This document shows, piece by piece, positions 1-5,863 of a stretch of 6,325 nt of DNA. Each line of letters begins with the position of its first letter. Position 1 is the stretch's first letter. Below the pieces are notes generated by a model. The model ran no database searches. It was not told where the DNA came from and worked only from the letters and a program-made list of their open reading frames with translations. This DNA is from Zygophlyctis sp. KS116 (lineage: Eukaryota > Fungi > Chytridiomycota), in NCBI GenBank assembly GCA_054661495.1, contig BAAFSQ010000445.1:1-6325 (forward strand), in the 5' to 3' direction. The position numbers were made by a program, and so were the translations under genes.

Positions 1-144
1 ATTGGTATGAAAGGTAATCTGGTAGGACTTCGTGCTCCAGTTGATGGAGCTCTGGCTCCTCCTGGAAATTGGATGCTATTTATTCTGACCGACGGAACTC
101 CTTCAATCGCCAAAGTCATCAATTTACAATCTGGTGATCAAACA
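1..144 (+). repeat. Direct repeat copy 1 (paralogous oxidase 3' region; copy 2 is at 2000-2143)
   Basis: Manual alignment at offset 1999 shows only 3 mismatches (positions 78, 99 and 106). Confidence 0.97.
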
Positions 145-234
145 GATTTTACTCTGGATTTGATTTCGGGATCTTCAAAAATGTCTTTCCCCCTTATTTT
201 AGGAATAATGGCTGTTGGATATTTGATCGTATAA
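1..234 (+). CDS. 3' end (partial) of an upstream glyoxal oxidase-like copper radical oxidase paralog, ending in a hydrophobic GPI-signal/TM-like tail
   Basis: The frame is open from base 1 (ATT GGT ATG AAA) to TAA at 232-234. IGMKGNLVGLRAPVDGALAPPGNWMLFILTDGTPSIAKVI matches the APPGxYMLF motif of the C-terminal Ig-like domain of AA5 oxidases. Bases 1-144 are 141/144 identical to 2000-2143. The protein ends in the hydrophobic stretch FPLILGIMAVGYLIV. Confidence 0.88.
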   Translation: MGMKGNLVGLRAPVDGALAPPGNWMLFILTDGTPSIAKVINLQSGDQTDFTLDLISGSSKMSFPLILGIMAVGYLIV

Positions 235-439
235 AGCGTTTGAATAAATCATCCCGATTTCTTTTAAATTGATGCGTATCTTAAAATACTTAAAATCCCA
301 TTGATATTGTAGGGGCTTCAATATATAAAGATTGATAAACTGCTTTCGGTGGGTAATGACCACGCAAAATGACACAATGCTGGTCATCACCGCATTGTTG
401 AGGATACAGTCATTGTTCCCATTGTTGAAAGTTTCAAAA

Positions 440-2260
440 ATGACTTCATTAGGCTATTGGGACATTATTGGATCATCAGGAGCAGTATGCATTCATACAT
501 TCCAGCTTCCTGATGATCGACTTCTTTGTGTTGAACGACCTCATGAACGACCTGTAAATAGAAATAATTCTGATCATATAGTACCCTCAAAACATCAATA
601 CAAATGGTATTCCAGCAACCGAAATCAGGCTAAAAAATGATGCAGGGGAATGGAAAGCCTCATTTCAACCTGTTCCAATGGCTTCAAACGCATTCTGTTC
701 AGGGCATGCAATGTTGGGCAATGGGTCAATATTGAATGTGGGAGGTGATGCAAGAATCGATACTGGATTACAAGATGGAAGAAATAATATCAGAATTTAC
801 AATCCATGCCAGTCTGGTACTTGTTCTAATCCAAAGGGAGAGTTTTCTGAAGTTTATCAGATGTCTACCCAAAGATGGTATCCTACAATTGTGACTCTGG
901 CAGATGGAAGGTATTTTTTGGTTTTCTGAGTATAAGCGCTATGATCATATCAGGATCAACAGACAACTTAGATTTCTCCATGCTCGATCGTCCAATCCAA
1001 AACCCGACGTATGAATATTATCCTCCAAAGTCCACTGGAGTATGGCCTCAAACTCTTGAAATATTGCAGTGGGCCTGGCCTTTTGATCTGTATCCAATGG
1101 CTTTCCAAATGCCATCTGGAAACATTTTCCTGTTTGTCTCTAACAAGTCGATCATTATCAATCCGAAAACTGATCAAATATACAGCACTGTTCCTGATTT
1201 GGTGGTAGATAAGCACCATCCATTCATCTATCCTTATACGCCTAACATGGTATTGCTTCCTCTTACTAAGAAAAACAATTATAAAGCAACTGTTTTGATT
1301 TGTGGTGGAAGCGACAAGGGAGTGAATGATGCGCCTGTAAGCTCTCAGCAATGCTATAAGATTTCACCAGAGGATCCTTCCTCTAAATGGGAACGGCAAG
1401 ACGATATGCCCGTCGGACGTGTTATGCCCGATAGTATTATATTACCAGGTAAGACTTACTCGTAGCTAAAAAATTAAGACGGTAAAGTTTTATTTGTCAA
1501 TGGGGCAGGTTGGGGACTTGCTGGTGGACAGGGCGGTGATGCACAAAATGCTGGTAATCCAGTGTTTGAAACATCCCTATATGATCCAGAGGCACCAACC
1601 GGCCAAAAATGGTCGAGCCTACCAAAATCATCTGTTCCACGTTTATATCATTCAGGTGTCATTCTGACTCCTGATGGTTTCGTTGTTACTACAGGGTCTG
1701 AAATGAGCAATTATGTTGATTTGGCGGGACCGAATGCAAATCCTGACTGCTTTCCTAATGGGGCCAGAAGAGTCTGTACGGATCCTTACGAATATAGGAT
1801 CGAGAGATATACTCCATATTATCTAACAAACGGCAAAGAAAGACCTGTTATCATCAATGCACCGACAAAGTTAACTTACAATTCATCATTTTTGATTGAA
1901 GTTCCAAAAGGAACCAAAATCTCAAAGGCTTCATTTATTCGCTTTTCTACTACAACCCATTCCACAAATACTGACCAGAGATTTGTGGAGTTGGAAATTA
2001 TTGGTATGAAAGGTAATCTGGTAGGACTTCGTGCTCCAGTTGATGGAGCTCTGGCTCCTCCTGGAAATTGGATGCTTTTTATTCTGACCGACGGAACCCC
2101 TTCAGTCGCCAAAGTCATCAATTTACAATCTGGTGATCAAACAAAAATTGATGAAACTGAATTCAGATTACCGACTGACTTAACCAAAAATGGCCGGGCA
2201 TTCTCAACGAAAATTGCAATCTGGCCAACTATTTTAGCGATTATATTCATTTTTTGTTAA
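440..2260 (+). CDS. Glyoxal oxidase-like copper radical oxidase (CAZy AA5, probably AA5_1). Exons 440-553, 582-910, 937-1448, 1479-2260; 578 aa (599 aa if the in-frame ATG at 377 is used)
   Basis: Three GT-AG introns join four ORF-track fragments into one frame (junctions ERP|YPQN, ADG-S-AMII, LP-D-GKVL). Active-site motifs are present: NAFCSGH (Cys, 696-698), RWYPT (Tyr, 879-881), RLYHS (Tyr-His, 1646-1651) and THS (His, 1958-1960). These correspond to the Cys-Tyr cofactor and Cu ligands of galactose/glyoxal oxidases. The C-terminus IAIWPTILAIIFIFC is hydrophobic. The start codon is uncertain. Confidence 0.92.
554..581 (+). other. Spliceosomal intron, 28 nt, phase 0
   Basis: GTAAAT...CTGATCATATAG. 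Removal joins ORF 332..640 to the frame of ORF 678..929. Confidence 0.9.
911..936 (+). other. Spliceosomal intron, 26 nt, phase 2
   Basis: GTATTT...CTGAGTATAAG. Removal gives the kelch-like motif TLADGSAMIISG. Confidence 0.9.
1449..1478 (+). other. Spliceosomal intron, 30 nt, phase 1, contains an in-frame TAG
   Basis: GTAAGA...GCTAAAAAATTAAG. Removal gives the conserved ILPDGKVLFVNGA. Confidence 0.92.
2000..2143 (+). repeat. Direct repeat copy 2 (matches 1-144; the shared region probably extends further 5', beyond the window edge)
   Basis: 141/144 identity to 1-144. Similarity stops abruptly after GATCAAACA. Confidence 0.97.
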
Positions 2261-2296
2261 ATTTAAAGTATTGGCTATTGTGCACTTTAGAATATT

Positions 2297-3210
2297 TTAA
2301 ATTGGGGAAAACCCATATAACCATCGTAGATTCTCTAACACCAGAAAGGTAACAATCGTATGGGGTCCTATCCTAAGCCATTGAGGTAACCACCCTCTAT
2401 ATAATCCTGCGACTCCTTCAGACTGGAATGTTTTTGCAAAACAGTCTAAAGTTGATGAATAAAGCATCCCAACACCGTTTGAATTTACGCCCTGATTCAT
2501 AAATCTTGATTTGACTACATCGATTGGCGACGTAGTTGTAGCTGAAATTAAACCCGAAATCATTGCGCATATACAATGGGTTAAAGTATCTTCCTTAAAA
2601 TACCCTGTCGACAATACGATTCTTTTTGATTGGTCATAAGCTGGCAACTGACTTCCAGTGAGAACTACTGCCCTTTGAATATTTGGTCCGACACCTCTAT
2701 ATAATCCCTTCCATCCGTGACTTGCTATTATAGATTTAAATGCAGTGTATAGCTTTACTGAAGTTGCAGAATTCGCTTGTGACCGAACCTTTATCAAGTC
2801 TGCAGGATTAGCTATTGCTGCGCCGATTCCTTATGTAAAATTAAGAATATCATACCTCCTGCTGAGCCTCCAGCGACTATTTTCTCAAATAACCCCACAG
2901 AGTCTTGTCCGTTTTGTAATAATTTCTTTATCGGTTCGTAAAGTCCCATCCTTATAGTTGAATATGATGCTTCTCTGAACAAAGATGCAGAAAGTCCTTT
3001 ATACAAACCTCTTATTCCTTCATTAGATATAATTCTCCATGATCCCTTTAACAGTCCCTGATATAGTAAACCAGACTTTGCCAATTCTCCCTGTAACTGT
3101 AGCCTCACTTTTATTGTGTCCATCGGATGAGTCACTATATATTAAACAATTGTCTTTCCTGTTGCGGCAATCATACAGCTCAAACCACCAAAAATATATG
3201 ATTCAATCAT
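2297..3210 (-). CDS. Mitochondrial carrier family (SLC25) protein of the UCP/dicarboxylate/oxoglutarate-carrier clade (ucpB-like). Exons 3210-3159, 3134-2856, 2829-2297; 287 aa
   Basis: Three Px[DE]xx[KR] signatures: PMDTIKVR, PADLIKVR, PIDVVKSR. Clade-typical motifs: EGIRGLYKGLSASLFREASYSTIRMGLYE, GVGPNIQRA, WLRIGPHTIVTF. The N-terminal exon reads MIESYIFGGLSCMIAAT and is preceded directly by an in-frame TGA. Substrate cannot be assigned from sequence alone. Confidence 0.92.
2830..2855 (-). other. Spliceosomal intron, 26 nt, phase 1
   Basis: GTATGA...TTTTACATAAG. Removal gives AGGSAGGIGAAIANPADLIKVR. Confidence 0.93.
3135..3158 (-). other. Probable non-canonical GA-AG intron, 24 nt, phase 1, contains an in-frame TAA
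   Basis: ACAG|GAAAGACAATTGTTTAATATATAG|TGACT. Removal gives GGLSCMIAATVTHPMD, which has the normal carrier helix-1 spacing. Confidence 0.72.
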
Positions 3211-3252
3211 TCAAGGATTACGTGTTAAAAATCACAACTCCATTTATGATTG

Positions 3253-3751
3253 CTAACTATTTGAATGTGCTTCCAATGCTCTTGCTACACCTCCTGCTCT
3301 AATAGACTCTGTAGAATCTAAAATCTCAAATGATTCTATACCTTTATGGATGTGTCCGATATTCTCTGATGGCTTCTTTGGAGCATCAAGCGCTTGCTTT
3401 ACAGAGATTGCATCTAAACTCAAGCTAACAGAATCTAATGATCCAATAACAGTCTTATGTAAGCCTTCACAAGTTTTTTTTGGGGAATCTATGATTAGCA
3501 ATACCTAAATTACTCAAGGCCGCAACCAAATGTATTGAATCTGTAATCGCTGTCGCAGATGGTTTTGGAACATGCTTAAAACAATACAGCAATCCATTTT
3601 CAATTTCAAAGTTTTTCAAATTTAATGTGAGAACACAGCCTGGTTCAATGCACTTGAAACATGATTTATGGAAGAATAGATGATTGGTTTCAATCTTTGC
3701 ATCTGCAGAATAAACAGCTTTGGAGCATTTAGAACAAGTGAAACTACTCAT
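3253..3751 (-). CDS. Small single-LIM-domain protein (LASP/hillarin-like N-terminus) with two short C-terminal repeats. Exons 3751-3514, 3488-3253; 157 aa
   Basis: Zinc ligands CSKC...HKSCFKC-x4-C...YCFKH form a LIM double zinc finger. One GT-AG intron joins the two ORF-track pieces (AAL-N-SPKK). Confidence 0.88.
3489..3513 (-). other. Spliceosomal intron, 25 nt, phase 1
   Basis: GTAATT...GCTAATCATAG, with a good CTRAY branch motif. Confidence 0.92.
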
Positions 3752-3836
3752 TGATCTTTTGTTTGTTTATGTTTAATATTCGGACACGTTCACTAGGACA
3801 CAATAACAGTTCTGAAGCTTCTGAAGCTTACTTAAA
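3752..3836. promoter_or_regulatory. 85-nt divergent (putative bidirectional) promoter region between the LIM and CBS genes
   Basis: Head-to-head ATGs at 3751(-) and 3837(+). Contains GGACAC twice (3782, 3796) and a tandem TTCTGAAGC repeat (3810-3829). Confidence 0.55.
3810..3829 (+). repeat. 9-bp tandem repeat (TTCTGAAGC x2.2)
   Basis: TTCTGAAGC TTCTGAAGC TT, read directly from the sequence. Confidence 0.85.
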
Positions 3837-4950
3837 ATGATTAAACTTTCTGATTCAGATGCCAAACAATTGGAAATTGAACTCTTTAGAAAGCCAATTC
3901 AATCTCTTATAAACGATCGGACATCTAGTACTCTTACAGAGTATATTAGATCTCGGTAATGCAAAAAATATAACGATTAGAATGCGTGAATCTAAATTGG
4001 GCCCATCTCTGATAACTGTAAAGGATACAGATACAGTTAGTACTGCATTCGCATTGATAAAAAAATCGAAGATTCAGTCTTTGCCAGTCTTAAATGCCCA
4101 GGATTCTTCACTGATTGGGTTAGTCTCAATTATGGATATCTTGTCCGAAACTATTCTGAGCCCATCTTTTGATGATTTTGAGATATGGACCCAAAGAGAA
4201 AATCTTTACATAGATGAATGGAATAAGATGCACTCTGAAATGTTTAGCAAAATTCTTATCAAGACCGTGCTTGATAAAAAGAACAAGGAATTTAGAATAT
4301 TTCATTCTGATGAATCAATTCAATCAATGTTGGAATTCATGTTTAAAAATCATGAGCATAGAGTCATTGTAGTGGATAAGGCTAGAATGAATGATTTACG
4401 GTATACTACTATTATTAGTCAGACCGATCTCTTGTATTATTTTTTTCTAAATCAAAAATCAATTCCTCAGACTGTTTTATCTTTCAAGGCTGCAGATTTG
4501 ATGCAATTGGCAATGCCTGCAATTTTAAAAGATTGTTCAATTGATATGGATCATGTAACTCAAAAAGCTCCAATCATTGCTCCTTGTGATACACCGACCT
4601 TGATTGCTTTACGTGTAATGAAGCTCTATCATGTATCAAGTGTGGGTATAGTTGATCCAGATGGTGCATTAGTAGGAAACTTGAGCCCGAATGATTTTAG
4701 AGGCTATGATTTTCAGGATTTGTCTTGTCTTGTTCATCCTGTTTTAACTTTTATAAAGCTTCAGCATCAGGAGGATCCACGTATGTGGAGTATAAGTTGC
4801 ACAAAGGATGATCAGCTCATGATTCTTATTCATAGAATGCTGAGAGCTAAAGTACATAGAATATGGGTTTGTGATGAGTTACTTCATCCTTTGGGAGTCG
4901 TAACGATGACAGACATTCTAACTGCCTTGACTCAAATAAAAAATGATTAG
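3837..4950 (+). CDS. CBS-domain protein (about four CBS motifs; SNF4/AMPK-gamma/Sds23-like). Exons 3837-3955, 3981-4950; 362 aa
   Basis: CBS-type motifs: KIQSLPVL...LIGLVSIMDIL, HRVIVVD...IISQTDLL, VSSVGIVD..GALVGNLSPNDF, VHRIWVCD...PLGVVTMTDIL. An upstream exon (AAAATG; MIKLSDSDAKQLEIELFRKPIQSLI...) joins in frame through a 25-nt intron. Confidence 0.88.
3956..3980 (+). other. Spliceosomal intron, 25 nt, phase 2
   Basis: GTAATG...TATAACGATTAG. Removal links the open upstream exon to ORF 3982..4950. Confidence 0.85.
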
Positions 4951-4995
4951 CTTCTGCATTTGTATATTTTATTTCTAGCTTGTAATCCTATAAAT

Positions 4996-5791
4996 TCATA
5001 ATGTCTTTTCATAAATCCCATTATAAGATTTCAACAGCTGCACGATTTGTGACTGTAAACGTGAAATTATTTTGACCAAAATCTCTTTCAGTCTAAAATA
5101 ATTTAAATCTTGAAACTTACAAGGTTACATCTTGAGATTGTGCTGCTCCAAGAAGACCGCCATGAAAATGTGAATAAGAATCATCCAGGTTTTGTAAAAT
5201 AGAATCTAAATTCCCTAATTCCACTTCAATTTCTTCATTTGAGAGCGTGCCTATAGAAATCAGTAATTTCTTGATCATGGCAACAGCAGAATTTAAAGTT
5301 GTAAAATAACCCAGGCATTGATGATGATCTATTTCCGAGCCAAATGGATCAACCTAAAATTGTTACGATTCAATAGAAACTTACTGGCGAGTTAAAGTGG
5401 GAGGCGCATTTTGGAAACAGATTTGCTAAATTATATTGAAAGAGAAAGTATGATATCGTACAATCCGGAAACGATATCTTTAGACTCGATATTATAATTT
5501 CCACTTGCCGATTGGTCAAATCTTTAAGAGTGCTTAATGACTTGTTCATATTATCTACAGACTCTGCATTTGTAAAGTCAACCATGGATTCGCAGCACAC
5601 GCGCTTAGAAAGAAGAACTTCTAAACAACTTAATTGGCATAGAATATTTGGGATTTTTTTGACTTTTGGATCTGATTGATATCCCCATATTTCTGTTTTA
5701 TATTGGGTAACTCATCATTATTTGCATTGGAAATACCTTTGAAATTTATGTCGCCGGAAGCATCTCTTTTCAATGGAGTCGATCGGATCAT
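4996..5791 (-). CDS. Hypothetical protein, about 236 aa, no recognised family. Exons 5791-5737, 5710-5385, 5353-5121, 5092-4996
   Basis: Three GT-AG introns of 26, 31 and 28 nt give one continuous frame, MIRSTPLKRD...FKVTQYKTEIWG...HFNSPVDPFGSE...QDVTLLKEILVK...YEKTL*. Only part of it appears in the ORF track (5370..5600). The start codon is less certain. Confidence 0.75.
5093..5120 (-). other. Spliceosomal intron, 28 nt, phase 2
   Basis: GTAAGT...TTTAAATTATTTTAG. Perfect donor; removal restores the frame. Confidence 0.85.
5354..5384 (-). other. Spliceosomal intron, 31 nt, phase 0
   Basis: GTAAGT...CGTAACAATTTTAG. Perfect donor; removal restores the frame. Confidence 0.87.
5711..5736 (-). 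other. Spliceosomal intron, 26 nt, phase 1, rare GAG acceptor
   Basis: AAAG|GTATTT...AATAATGATGAG|TT. Joins two open frames, and the downstream frame opens right after the intronic TGA. Confidence 0.72.
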
Positions 5792-5863
5792 TTCGAGGAT
5801 GAAATCTAGTTCCGATGTTGATGTCGATTGATCTTAAAAAACAATATTGGAATTGAAATTCAT

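Noticed and set aside
199-390. Minus-strand 63-aa ORF
   Set aside because: It is AT-rich intergenic sequence overlapping the paralog's 3' end, with no recognisable protein features.
431-452. Possible 22-nt intron GTTTCA...CATTAG at the oxidase 5' end
   Set aside because: The upstream frame it would require has no ATG before a stop and gives no signal peptide.
968-1351. ORFs 968..1351(-), 1011..1208(+) and 1876..2121(-)
   Set aside because: They are shadow or alternate frames inside the well-supported oxidase CDS.
332-2260. Oxidase, carrier and LIM genes as frameshifted pseudogenes or programmed frameshifts
   Set aside because: Every break coincides with a 24-31 nt G(T/A)...AG segment whose removal restores conserved motifs, and the catalytic residues are intact.
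3135-3176. Canonical 42-nt GT-AG version of carrier intron 1
   Set aside because: It is in frame but deletes six residues of transmembrane helix 1 and is much longer than the other introns here. It is disfavoured but not excluded.
2745-3302. Plus-strand ORFs 2745..2957 and 3039..3302
   Set aside because: They are antisense shadows of the mitochondrial carrier and LIM genes.
3810-3829. Heat-shock element
   Set aside because: Only two correctly spaced nGAAn units (GAAGCTTC) are present, and the flanking units are mis-spaced by one base.
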